The notes under the pieces are model-generated. The model was given only the letters and a program-made list of their open reading frames with translations, did no database searches and was not told the DNA's origin. The position numbers were made by a program, and so were the translations under genes. Source: Mobula hypostoma (Eukaryota). From it: a DNA stretch of 64,000 nucleotides. Location of the stretch: assembly GCF_963921235.1 (NCBI RefSeq), contig NC_086108.1, forward strand, positions 16,864,001 to 16,928,000, read 5' to 3'. Numbering within the stretch: the first letter of the stretch is position 1; each line of letters opens with the position of its first letter. Below, one piece after another: positions 63,935-64,000 of this stretch.

Positions 63935-64000
63935 TGCAGATGCTGGAAATCTAAAATAAAAATCAGAAAATGTTGGAAATACTCAGCAGGCCAGGCTGTA
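63935..64000 (-). mobile_element. PLE pLTR end, cut by the window edge
   Basis: TGCAGATGCTGGAAATC...ACTCAGCAGGCCAGGC. Confidence 0.6.

Noticed and set aside
1..64000. CRISPR arrays, tRNA or rRNA genes, prokaryotic operons
   Set aside because: None seen. All long ORFs are eukaryotic transposon-derived.

Overview
Repeat-dense eukaryotic (vertebrate) DNA. The CR1, Penelope-like (PLE), Rex1/Babar, Nimb and Tc1 repertoire looks like a cartilaginous fish, which is my inference. Most of the window appears to be intron of an unidentified minus-strand host gene with 3-4 short candidate exons (43847-43898, 27459-27518, 16791-16847, 7375-7471). It holds a dead IR/DR Tc1 transposon carrying a full-length Nimb-type LINE, many CR1 and Rex1 fragments, three solo LTRs and a young Neptune-type PLE family whose pseudo-LTRs carry minimal hammerhead ribozymes. 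The most striking signal is a ~10-kb inversion (50738-60806) that splits one CR1 in two. It has inverted 14-bp and 12-bp duplications at its ends and PLE sequence at both junctions, which points to a PLE-catalysed inversion. Other highlights are a perfect 85-bp foldback mini-PLE, and two same-family LTRs inserted about 14 bp apart in homologous positions of two different CR1 copies. All family calls come from motifs read by eye, and the edges of old repeats are approximate.
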